From the NCBI GenBank assembly GCA_043228905.1, contig JBHGNT010000021.1, forward strand, positions 9,052,001-9,116,000: DNA of 64,000 bases, in the 5' to 3' direction. Position 1 is the first letter of the stretch. The number at the start of each line of letters is the position of its first letter. The position numbers and the translations under genes are program-made. Below are positions 33,510-45,135 of the stretch, piece by piece. The stretch comes from Azolla caroliniana. Its lineage: Eukaryota; Plantae; Polypodiophyta. Below the pieces are notes generated by a model. The model was given only the letters and a program-made list of their open reading frames with translations, was not told the DNA's origin and ran no database searches.

Positions 33510-36500
33510 AAAGAACTTTCTATTTCCCAAAGCAATAATACAACAGCCAACCTTACAAAAAGGTTACAAGGTCAATATATATAGTGACCGACTTAGGGCA
33601 ACTACCCTTTATGCTAATTACATAAATGGCCAAGACGAGATAGTGTGAATACGTCCATTATACACATGTATTCGACACTCCCCCGTAATGGGCGTATACA
33701 TGGGTTATCTGAGATTACAGGTATAGACTTAGGTTCTCGGACATATCAGCTTTGTTCGAGTCGGCAGGGCCCGAAGGCAGAAGACCGAACTGGTCGGGTC
33801 GGAACAGTTGAAGCCGATCATTAAGGAACTGATGTCGGTTGTCGGGAACCATCCTGCTCTGTGTCCGGCTCTAACCGGACTGGTTTGCCGTTACGCCCAT
33901 CTGATGCCGAAGAGACCGAAAACGGTCTGCCGAAAGACACTTGGTCATTCCATCTGCGACATTGTCGGTTGTGGATATTTTCTCTAGACCGATTTTCCCT
34001 GAAATGACGCAGTCCCGAACGAAGTGATATCGAACGTCGATATGTTTGGAGGCGTTGTGGTGAACTGGATTTTTTGACAAGGCAACAGCACCTTGACTGT
34101 CGCTGTAGACAACTGGAGCCGAGTCATGGTCGACTTGTCGAAACGTGTGCGCCAGCCGACCGAGCCACAAAGCTTCTTTTGCTGCGTCGGACGCAGCTAC
34201 ATATTCTGCTTCGGTCGTTGAGGTCGCTGTGCACTCCTGAAGTTTCGACTTCCACGAGATTGCTCCATTGCCGAATTTGAAGCAGTATCCGGTTGTTGAT
34301 TTCCGACTGTCTATACAGCCGGCGAAGTCCGAGTCGGTGTAACCGACTACGCCTGAGGTTCGGTTCGGTTCGGTCCGAAAAGAATGCCATGGTCTTTTGT
34401 GCCAGCTAGATATCTGAACACATGCTTGACTGCGTTCCAATGCGATCGGCCAGGATTGTGCATAAATCTGCTAACGACTCCTACGGCATGAGAGATATCA
34501 GGCCGTGTCGCGACCATCAGGTACATAAGGGAGCCGACTGCCGGTGCATACGGTACCGACTTCATATCTTCCCCCTCCGGACCGGATGTCGGGCAGTCTC
34601 GCTGAGAGAGCCGAAGATTCATAGGGAGCGGGGTTGAAGCAGATTTGGCTGATTGCATGTTGAAGCGTTCCAAGACACGTCCGATATAGTCGGTCTGAGA
34701 CAAAAAAAGGTGTCGTTTGTCGCGATGCCGACTGATCTTCATGCCGAGTATGTGTCGTGCCGGACCGAGATCCTTCATGGCAAACTTCAACCGCAGTTGC
34801 CGAATGAGATCGGCAAGTTCGCCCGCGTGGCGTCCAGAAATTAGCATGTCGTCCACGTAAATGATGAGGAAGATGGGTGATCCATCTTGAGCTGTGTTGG
34901 TGAAGAGACAATGGTCCTCATCGCTTTTTGAGAAGCCGATCGATGTGATGAAGTCGTCGAACTTCTTGTACCATTGTCGCGGTGCCTGTTTGAGGCCGTA
35001 TAGACTCTTCCTGAGTCGGCAGACTAGATGTTCTTGGCCAGTCGCCACGAAGCCTTTTGGCTGCTCCATATAAATTTCCTCGTCTAGATCACCATGGAGG
35101 AATGCTGTTTTGACATCTAGCTGAATCAGCTCCAAGTTGTCGGCTGCCACTACGCCGAGTAGGAAACGAAGGGTTGTCATTTTCACCACTGGTGAAAAAA
35201 TCTCGTCGAAGTCGACGCCGTATTCTTGTCGGAAGCCCTTCGCAACTAGTCTGGCCTTGTACTTTGGGGTGGTCGAATCAGACGTCTCTTTTAGTCGATA
35301 AACCCACTTGCAAGGAAGAGCACGTCGGTTCCTAGGTAATTCGACCAGATCCCAAGTCTTGTTTGCCCGAATGGAGTGCATTTCCGACTCCATCGCCAGA
35401 TGCCAGGTGGCTGAATCGACGGATGTCGATGCTTCTTCGTAAGACGTCGGTTCGCCGGCGTCGGTGAAGAAAATTCCAGGAGAATACCTCTCCGGAGGTT
35501 GCGACAGTCTCTCGGATCGTCGAGGCATGATTGGACTGGTCGCATCGGGTATCGTGGTCGGATGGTCCGAAAGCGGATTGTTCTGCTGTGCCGAGTCGGA
35601 GTTGTCCGAGTCGGTAGTGTAAGGTTCAGCTACCCGTGAAGCTGACCGTGTGTTGAGAGCGGGGCCTTCTTGAAGGGTCGGCACATCGGAAAAGGTTACC
35701 CTTCGGACTTCGATCGGTTTTTCGACTGATGGATTCATGGCCGACTCGTTGAACACAACGTCCGAACTTCGAACGATTTGTCTGCGTTCGGGGTCCCAGA
35801 GTCGGTATCCCATTTCGCCGTTGGATCCATATCCAAGGAAAATGCATTTCCTGGACCGAGGTGCAAGTTTTCGGCGATCATCTTTCGGAATAAGGGTGTA
35901 CGCCTCGCATCCGAAGATCCTCAGCTTGTCGTAATTCGGCTTACTGCCGATCCATAGTTCCTGAGGAATTTGAAGTCCTAGAGGTCTACTTGGCGACATA
36001 TTGATTATGTGTACTGCCGTGAGTAGAGCCTCTGCCCAGAAGCCATCCGACAGTCCGGAGTGTTGGAGCATGGAAACTGTCCGTTCTTGGATTGTCCGAT
36101 TCATGCGTTCGGCAATCCCGTTTTGCTCCGGACTGTGTGGTGCCGTAAATTCTCGTCGGATGCCGCGTTGTCGGCAGAATTTGACGAATTCTTCAGATTT
36201 AAACTCTCCCCCATTGTCTGTCCGAAGGCATTTCAGCTTTCGGTCGGTTTGATTTTCTACCATAGCGAGCCAATCGGTGAAGATCGAGAAGACCCGATCT
36301 TTGGTGCGAATTGGATAAGCCCACACCTTTCGAGTCGAATCGTCAATAAAAGTGACGAAGTAAGAGGCACCACCGAGAGACTGATGCGGCATTGGGCCAC
36401 AGACGTCCGAGTGGACCAAATCGAGAGGTCTCGATTCTCTTGGTGCTGATGTCGGGTGTGATGTGGCTGCTTGTTTGCCATACTGGCAATGCTCGCAGAA

Positions 36501-38648
36501 TTGATGGTCGGCGAAGGAGAGTTTGGGGATGTATCCGGCTCTAGATAGGTGCGTGATGCCGGCCTTGCTGAGGTGTCCTAATCTTCGGTGCCATAGTGAT
36601 GACACAGGAATATCCACCAAAAACAGGTTACCCTCTCTGAGCGTAACATGTAACGGATACAGGGAGTGTATCTTGGGTCCTCTAGCAAGCAGGAGGTTCC
36701 CCCTGTGGAGTGTCCACCCTCCCGAAGAAAAACCGGCACGAATGCCGTCTTCATCTAGTTGTCCGACTGAGATCAATGGCCGTGAGAGCTCGGGTACATG
36801 TCGGACATTGTGGAGTACAAGTGTAGAGCCACCTGCAAGGTTGAGCTCTACTGTGCCGATTCCGATGATGTCACAGTGTTGCGAGTTACCGACCCGAACT
36901 GAGTCGGAGTGACGGATCGTGTATTGCCGAAATTGGGATCGATGAGGAGTCACGTGAAACGACGCGCCCGAATCCAAGAGCCATGTGCTCGATTCTTCAG
37001 TCGTGAGCAGAACTTCTGAGCCAACTGGATTTTCGATTGATAGTATGTTCGGGTCGTCTGGTAGCACATCAGCTGAGAAGCTGACGTAATTGATCTCCTC
37101 ATGCCGACCACTCTTCTTGTTGTTCTTGTTCTTGAGTGCGCGGCAGTCGGCTTTGATGTGTCCGGGTTTCTTGCAGTAGTTGCAGATTCGGTTATCCCGT
37201 GACTGGCTCCGTCTTCGCTGATTGTTCGGCGGCCGTGAGGAATCTCTTCCTCGTATGTTCGATCGGTCTGTCGAACCTTGTACTACGTAAGCGTCGTCTG
37301 TTGAGTCTTTGGCGAAAGACTTTCTCCGAGCTGCTTCGGTCAGGATTGCGCTCGTGACTTCGGAGTATTTAACAGCCGTGGTTGACGCGTTGCACACGGT
37401 TGTGACGAAAGTTTCCCATGATGAGGGAAGGCTGCTCATGAGTATCATTGCTCTGAGTTCATCCTCGATTGCCGTCCCCTGTGACGAGATTTGGGAGCTT
37501 ATGCTTTCGTACTCATTGAGGTGTGCTTGAACCGAGTCGGATTCTTTCATCCGCAAGTTGTAGAGGCGCCGGATCAGAAACATCTTTGTTGCGGCGACCT
37601 TCTTTTCGTAAGTGTCCGACAGTGTTTTCCACAGTTCAAATGCTGTCGTACACAATTGCACCGTAAAGTATACCGATTCCGATAGGTGCATCCGAATCGT
37701 GGCGCGGACGATTCTGTCCAGCTTCTGCCACTCAATTGGTTTGTATCCTTCTGGAGGTTCTTCATTTTCGATGGGATCGATTTGCCCCTTGACTATGAGA
37801 TAGTCTTGCATTTGTTCCTTCCAGCAGTTGAAGTTCGATCCATCGAACTTTCGTAGACTCATTTCTGACGAGCCGGATGTTGATGCCATCAAATTCGGTT
37901 TTGGTTAACGAAGCTCGGTTCGGAGTTGACTACGGACCTTGTTGGAGTGCAGCCGGTTGGCTCACCCGATATTGTTCTAGTCGGGTTTGAACCCGAGTCG
38001 GTTCGGCTTCGGAACTTGCTCGAATTGACTTCGGTAGCTTGAGGGACAGAGCCGACTGGTCTTCCCGAATGTTGCCGAGTCGGAGTGAGCCCGGTTCGCT
38101 TCGGATATATATGCCGAATACCGATTATTAAAACCGATTATCTGGACCGATTCTGCTTCGGGTGACTGCAGCAACGAGAGAGATGGATCTAACTGATCCT
38201 CTCGAATGTCGATCAGCCTGATGAAGCACGAATTTGGGGTTGTTGTCTTGAGACCGATCTGCACCGAGTGGTTACAGCGAGCGGCGTTTGATGACCTCTT
38301 CGGATGCCGTTTAACCGAATGGAGCACGAATCGTGTCAATGTTGCACGAGGGGATTTCACCTCGAGCGGTTACAATCACAAGGAACGGAGTACAGCCTGC
38401 TGGCTTACTCCAAACAAAGATGATCTAACGCGATGAGATGCAAACCTGGTTTTTTTTTTTTTCTTCTTCCTCTCTCTTCTTCGAATGACGCAGGAAACCG
38501 AATGCTGAGACGACGGCCGACAGCGGATTGAGGGACCGACTACTGTGCAGGCTCTGATACCAGATGTTGGAAGCGAGGTCGTCAATGCGGAAGATCTTGA
38601 AGCATTCAGTTCTGTTCTTCTCCTGCGTATGACAGAATGTAGGTCGTT

Positions 38649-38687
<39 letters not shown>

Positions 38688-38855
38688 AAAGAACTTTCTA
38701 TTTCACAAAGCAATAATACAACAGCCAACCTTACAAAAAGGTTACAAGGTCAATATATATAGTGACCGACTTAGGGCAACTACCCTTTATGCTAATTACA
38801 TAAATGGCCAAGACGAGATAGTGTGAATACGTCCATTATACACATGTATTCGACA
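33387..38855 (-). mobile_element. Young full-length Ty1/copia element J (Tork/Tnt1-like)
   Basis: 291-bp LTRs at 33387-33677 and 38565-38855 (2 differences seen). TSD CAGAT at 33382-33386 and 38856-38860. tRNA-iMet PBS TGGTATCAGAGC at 38551-38562; short PPT GGGGGAG next to 33677. Confidence 0.97.
33871..37892 (-). pseudogene. gag-pol: Copia gag-PR-INT-RT-RH polyprotein with a single frameshift near 34365
   Basis: CNYCKKPGHIKADC, WLLDSGAS, HSDVCGP, LRTDNGGEF, KARLVAKGF, QLDVKTAFLHG, YVDDML; then GYTDSD...KHIDVRYHF in another frame. Confidence 0.95.
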
Positions 38856-41800
38856 CAGATCGCCCAGACTCGAAGGGAAGGCGGCGAACCGGCTCGTGAC
38901 TGACGGCCGACAGTAGGGAACAGGTGCATGTGGTGCGACGAGGTCGGCCACATCCGGAAGGACTGCGGCGATTTCGCAGAAGCGTTGAGGAACCGGGTGG
39001 TGTACCTGTAGGAAGGCCGGGTGCACGCCGGCGACACCAGAAGGGCCCTAAACCGAAACGACGGGCGAGGAGGTATGAAGAGACTGATGGAAGAGGCAAC
39101 GGCCCGACACGTGGAGGCCATCCACTACTCGGCGTCGGCCGGCATTCGGGTCGGGGGCAACGAGGCCCGAAAGGAGGGCAAAGACGGATTCTAGTAGGCA
39201 ATGCTGGAAGGTCTCGCCGGCGCACGGCTAAGGAAAGATGAAACGGACCGGACTGGAGAGACGAGATGAGCCGGGAGGAACTGTTGGCGGCGCATATACG
39301 ACAGCTCGAGCAAAGACCGGAGGACGTGGAGCAGGCTGCGGGAAAGCTTCGGGTGGCAAGGACGAGGAACAAAGCCCGGTTCGACCGGACGCGCCAGCTC
39401 CGACCGAAGAAGATCGAGGAAGGCGACTGGGTGCTATTTTATGACAGCAGCCTCGACAACCAACACCGAGCAACACAGAAGTTCGCAAGAACGTGGTTCG
39501 GGCCTTACGTGGTACAAAGCGCCAACAACAACGGGACGTACCATCTGGCGGAACTCGACGGCACGAGAATGGCGATACCGGTAGCTGGGAAGCGGATCAA
39601 AGCGTTCAAGAAGCGTCACGACGACGAGCCGGATCCGGTTAACCTGGATCGGAACGACGAACGATCCGAAACCGAGGAAGAACCGATGGGTGGGGAATGA
39701 AGGCTGGACCGGTTTTCCCCGTCCCAACTCAACTTGGCGCATGCCGGTGGATGCGCGGTTAGGTGGGGGCGGATGTCGTGAAGAAAACCGTCCACGAGCG
39801 GAATTGGTGCGCCGGAGCATAGGAACCGGCTCTTCATGCACGTACGCCTTATGTTGTACATAAGAGAGAATTAGGGACATGGAAGATCCTAGGTAGGTAG
39901 ATTCGGTAGGTAGGAAGTTAATAGGAAACGGCTCCCTTCTTGCCTATAAAAGGAGGGAGACGAGGAAGAGGAAGGGATCGCGGAATCAGAGAGGACGAAG
40001 TGTTGTTGGGCTGTCGGTCGAAGGCTTCTCTCTCTTCCATACTCTCTGTAGCTTCTTTCTGTGCAGGTTTCGTGAGGCTCGCGCTGCTCTGAGGAATGCC
40101 CGAGTGCTTCCGGCAGCACCTCCAACCTACTCCTTCCTTTCTGAGCGTTTGCGAACAGGCATCGGCATCTGTTCGCCGGCCTGTTCGGTTGTAACCGACT
40201 TCGTGCTTTTGTTGCTTGTCTCTGTTAATATATACTTACATACCGTTGTGCCTCTCTGTGTTGGTTTCCCCGCTCGCGTCTTCGTGTCGAAGGGCCGTGT
40301 CCCTGTGGATCTACGCTCGCACGTAGTGGGTCCCTTCCCTTCTCTTTTGCCCATTGCTCTTCGGTACAAGACCCCCGAGGTCCCGCCTCATTCCACGCAT
40401 CCGCGAGGAGTACCTCGACAACGTATGACGAAATGAAAGGAGCTCGAGGTACCCGAGGACTCAGATATCGTCAAAAGCTTTTTGCACACAAGTGATCCTT
40501 TCCGAAAATTGTATTATAGTGTATATAATGGTGATGTGGGTAATATGCTTGACATATTATCCAACAGACATTATACATTGCTCTTCGTGAATATACCGTA
40601 TGGTTTCAAAATATCAGGCTCGACATACGATGATGTGCCATACAAATATCCGCAAATAGAGAAGCTGATTAAGGACTTCGCGGAGTTGACCCTAGCACCA
40701 TTATGGCATATTGTTATATTTCATGGTATGGGTCAGGCGTTATCGGTCAGGACTGCATTGAAGTCGAGATGCCATGCCCCCGAACATATGCATTGGTAAA
40801 CATTCTATTACTATATATTTAATCTATGTTGCTTACGACATATTTCTTAACTTGTTTTGAAACAATTGTGAAATAGGGTTAAAATGAACATAACTCGGAC
40901 CCCATGTGATCGAATGGTGAGTGCTATGGAGCACATGTGCATGAGCTACTACGACGCAATTTCTAAGAAGAAGGCTCAGGCACATGTTAATGAACGCAAC
41001 ATTGTCAATTATATCATGTGCCCAGCTGTAACAAAGAAATTGTGACACATGTCTCATGATAAGAGTTTAGTAAACTCTTATCAAAAGCCACAACGATTAA
41101 TAAATTGATTGGTCGAGTTGTTCTTGAACCCTGATGATTGGGTTCTCGACTTGTTTTCTGGAATAGGTAATCACAACAGTTTCATCTAGTTTTTTAAAAA
41201 TGAAATACCATTTCTTGTCTTTTTTTCTTACTTTTGCATGTGTGATTGTTTGTTTAGGAACGACAACTGCATGTGCTCTCAAATTGTTTAGGAACTACGT
41301 CGCATTGGAGAAGGACCCCGACCAAGTCAACTTTATTAAGATGAGGATCCAAGGCATCTAGGATTGTCCCGACTAGGACCAAGAGGTTGGGGCAAAGCAC
41401 ATCAACGAAACGAAGATGTTTCAAATGGCCAATGGAACCTATCGATGAGGAAGGAGGTGACCTGGTCGACCTTGAAGATTCACCAGGTTCCAAACACATA
41501 CAAGATTCAACTGAGGATATAGAACATGTTTGATGTAGCACCACTCTTAGCTGATCTTGGAGAGCAACCTGTTCCTGACCTCCTAATGGAGTGATTGTAT
41601 ATTAGTTTATATTTTTGACTATATAAAATTGTAACACTAGACTTCTTTTGGAATATAAGATTATTTTGTTTGCGTACCATTTCTTTGCACTATCTCATTG
41701 GTTTGCAAACTTTGAGTTTCTATCATACATTTGTATTGGTGTACTCGCAAAGTATGTGGTTGTTAAGTATAATGTTTGTGGAATAGATGATGGTGAACTT

Positions 41801-43592
41801 ATCAATAGTATGACAAATGTTTGTTATAATTGTTTCTTTATTAATATAATTGAATTTAGCTTTATTCTAGGCTATTAGATTCGAGTGTATAGAGTAATAT
41901 TAACTCAACATTGTTGCTCGCTTGATCTTACATGTAGGTTGTTCATATCATAGTGAGATATAATGTTTGTAGAAGTTTTTGAGCATGAGAGGTATATAAT
42001 GTGATATTCACGTGTGGATATGTTTCTAATTATACCGAAAAATGCAATTCACTCATTTATCATAACAAACTTTATAGGAGTTATAGAGAAATATAGCATT
42101 AAAATTGTGTTTCTAAAATTGTTGAATTGGATTCAAATTCGACATTATGTAATGTGAAGCATATTTTAATGATAGTTGAAAGCATTCTGGTACTCAAAGT
42201 GAATTTCTAGATAAATATGTGTATGATTTTAGAAAATATAGGTTAACTTTGAAATCTTAATAATATTAATTGTGTTTTTAAAAGTCATCTACGCATGCGT
42301 GATACATTCTTGAAAGTTTGTTAAAAAATTGTAATTCTTGAAAGCTGCCAAATTTAACGTTGTGGTTCGATATGCCGAATTGGCACCGAGGTTCGATTCA
42401 AAAGGTTGTACTTGCATTGGTCGACTGTATGTGCCCAAGAATGGCAAATAGGGCAGTGAGCCCGCTTATTGCAGTCCACCACCGAGTGTTCCGGGTTAAG
42501 GTAGATTTTGCATTCAATGGCCTACCGGAAACGATACTCATCGTCCCGTGGTAACACTTGCCATAATGATGCCATGGACATTCCTTCCTCAGTGTCTTCC
42601 AACTCTAGTCGAAGAACCCGGTCGATGGCCATGTCTGTAGTTTGGCATGTAAAATTGAGCATGTCCAACGTCATTCACATGGGTCGGCACAAAGCGGGGA
42701 GGAAAGTTTCCTTAGCCTCAGTAGGTGCTTGTGTGAGTTGGCTTCTTAAGTTCTGGAACCAGATGATGAAATCAGCGATAGATTCCTAATTCAATTGCAT
42801 GATAGAGTAGAATTGACCGATGATTTCATGTTGTGAAACACTCCAGTGAAACAGTCGAAGGAACGTTGTGCAGAGTTGGTCGAAAGTCATGAAATCTAGA
42901 GATTGAGCTGCGAATGCCACCACGCTACTTGTCCGTCGAGAGTAAGCCCAAACTCCGCAATCTTAGAGGTCTCCAAGAGTCGTTGTGACACATGGTGCAC
43001 ATTCTAGATGTTAAGAAAAGATTGTGCATGAGCCTCGACATCGGGTTCACCACTGTAACGGGGATAAGAGAAGGCCATGGTTGCACACATATATTGTCTG
43101 AAGTTGTTGTAGGCGGGCTCGGTCGGAAGCGGTGGGCGGTTTGTCTTGCAAGTGCTACTATTGATTTCAATGACCGAGTGCAGTGGTGAAAAGACATTCT
43201 GACCACTTGTGCTCTGTTCGGTGAGCGCAGACTCGAACACGCTTTCGTCAAGATCTGGTAAGCGGGTGTTGAGGCATAACTTTTCCATGGCAAGTTCTAC
43301 CGCCTTTTGGGATTTTGCTCGAGTTTGGGGTTTACCTCAGCAATTTGCTTCTTTGTTGCATCTGCGGCTAGACGACATCCATTCCCCGATGTTCAGTTTT
43401 GCTTGATATAGATCTCCGAGCAAGCCAAAAGTGTTAGCAGTTAAGGTGACACTGCGCTGAATCCCTAGTCCTTCAAGGGAATCGTGGTTCCGGAATGGGA
43501 GAGTACTTCGTAACCATGATACGGGTGACTATACACTGGACTCGTAAGTGTTTCTTTAATTGTGGAGACTGTGGAGACTAGGAAGATGGCTA

Positions 43593-44547
43593 TGTTGAGA
43601 GAGAAGCTGAACAATGGCCTGATTTAGTTGAAGAAGCTCAGAACCGAGAACCGAGCACCATGGGCCGAGGGCCGTGAGCTAAGTAGGAAGGATTTCGAAA
43701 AGCTGTTGAGGGTCTATATTCCGATTATAGTAAATAGGAATATTGTAGGCAAAATTAGTGTAAGGCTCAGTTAAGGAGCACTCAAGTACTTGTTAGTACT
43801 TGTGTCCACCCACTCGTTCAGGTTTGTATATGAATTGCACTCCGAGCACTTTTGTATGTACTACGTCATTTTTTGTGTAATTGATATATTGTTGTTGTTT
43901 GCTCTACTTAGTCTCTCCCTTTCTCACTCACATTCTCTGTGTTTACCTATCTATTACATTTCCGAACTATCGAACTACGTACTCTGTGTTCTATTTCACA
44001 CGCTTTCGCACACGTATCTCTTTACATGGTATCAGAGCGCGAGGATTGAGACCTCTCTGTAGCTGACAGAAAAGCAAGCAAACAAGACAGAGATAAGTGT
44101 TCTCGTTTTTTGGAAAAGAAAAGACAAGAACGTGGATAGAGGAATGGGAAGCTCTCTTCCGGCTGAAAAGCTCGATAGGAGCAACTACGCATCTTGGTCG
44201 TACAAGATGCACCAGTACCTGCTCGGGCATGGTTACTAGAGTTACGTGGAAGGAGCTAATGATGTAGCACCTGAATCAACACCAAGAGATTTCCCGACTT
44301 GGGAATAGGTGACTAGTAGAGTTCTGTACAACTTTGCATCCTGTGTGAGAGACCAACTATTGAGCTATATTCGGGAGGCCAAGACGCCAAAGGATGCGTG
44401 GGCGAACCTCAAACAGATTTTTGCCACCAGCACAATGACCAGGAAGCTGCAGCTTACTCAAGAGCTCAACAATGTCAGACAAAAAGATCGGGTTGTGGCC
44501 GATTATACAACCTGAATCAAGGAGATCGACGATTCCCTCGCCTCCGT
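43593..44547 (+). mobile_element. Truncated Ty1/copia element (5' LTR 43593-44026, Met PBS 44027-44038, gag start) inserted in the 5' LTR of E
   Basis: TGTTG...TTACA followed by TGGTATCAGAGC. MGSSLPAEKLDRSNYASWSYKMHQYLLG is homologous to the gag at 61271. Confidence 0.9.
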
Positions 44548-45135
44548 TGTCGCGAAAATACGATAAAGTCACGTGAACTTGAGACAGAACCCCGGGGCCT
44601 CCAACCAGAGGATACGAAATTCGTACGTTTGTATTAAAGAATTAACGAAAATGAGAAAGTTTGACAAATTTCATTAAGAAAGTAAAAGAAACATTACAAT
44701 CTATCCTAAGATTGGGATTACAAAAGTTTTTGCTTACGGAGATTAATAGATTAAGGTTTATGAAATATGGCTTAGATAAAAATAAAAAAAAGTTTAGGGA
44801 TTATTGAGAGATAGCTTAAATAAGAAAAATTAGAGTTCTTGAGTGTTATGGCTTCGATAAGGAAATTAGGGTTAGGGTTTCTTCAGTGATCGCCGATTTT
44901 TTGTTCCTTCCCTCCTTCCCCAAAAACTTCTCTCCCCCTTTCCTCTTCGCTCCAAATTCCCCGTTACCACTCGAAGATTCCCTTGCATGAAGAACTCCAG
45001 TTTGCATCTCCAATCCAATTGCATGCATCCACACATGACCTTTACTTTAGCTGAATGGCTTCCACATTCAGTTGCATGTGTCCACATAACCTTTACTTCA
45101 ATTTACTTTACTTTTGTTCGGCGGCATGATCCTAT
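44548..45135 (-). repeat. Inverted partial LTR (U5 end) related to family F
   Basis: TGTCGCGAAAATACGA... is the reverse complement of the F LTR end at 54755; preceded by CCGT. Confidence 0.8.

Larger units (their letters stand above)
31906..40420 (+). mobile_element. Family A element A2, internally deleted (gag fused to integrase tail), with a nested copia element
   Basis: 647-bp LTRs at 31906-32552 and 39774-40420 (~10 differences). TSD ACGT at 31902-31905 and 40421-40424. Trp PBS 32556-32573. gag at 32596-33386 and 38861-39249 jumps to the integrase tail at ~39250. Confidence 0.95.
29564..41590 (+). pseudogene. Six-exon ParB/Srx-like domain plus beta-class N4-cytosine/N6-adenine DNA methyltransferase gene, interrupted by element A2
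   Basis: Exons 29564-29589, 29904-31514, ~31603-31740, 31813-31905+40425-40795, 40877-41166 and 41258-~41590 with in-phase GT-AG introns (exon 3 acceptor looks mutated). Motifs YYVIGGSHSAEA, LLFVNIPYG, YQKPQRL and WVLDLFSGI|GTTTACALKLFRNYVALEKD. Confidence 0.85.
26328..42356. mobile_element. Sola-like DNA transposon (~7.5 kb without nested inserts) with two head-to-head genes; ends approximate
   Basis: AT-rich block that interrupts E gag, which resumes on both sides. Contains a DDD/E transposase gene and a methyltransferase gene. The left end begins GAGGTAATATG; no clean TIR or TSD is seen at the right end. Confidence 0.75.
16341..43592 (-). mobile_element. Old Athila-like element E, the scaffold, in three pieces: RT 16341-16530, gag/PR/RT 24897-26327, gag plus 5' LTR end 42357-43592
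   Basis: ITDAFPLPFTDSVL...YSFLDG..SYNQI at 16341-16530 continues into the PKKNxKI.V.VDY region at 24897. Gag YNLLNR..PIRHIEPQR at 42360 and EPDVEAHAQSFL at 43010-43050. LTR end at 43432-43592 is homologous to the C LTR. Confidence 0.85.

Noticed and set aside
40425-41400. Bacterial contamination as the source of the methyltransferase
   Set aside because: It has in-phase spliceosomal introns, plant retrotransposons inserted within it, and the same C>T decay as its neighbours.
26328-42356. CACTA, Harbinger or Helitron assignment for the two-gene element
   Set aside because: No CACTA termini, no Myb/SANT partner and no Rep/helicase motifs; the transposase motifs fit DUF7869/Sola-type better.
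43414-43431. Assigning a tRNA to the PBS of element E (TGGCTTGCTCGGAG)
   Set aside because: Correctly placed after the LTR but too decayed to match a specific tRNA by eye.
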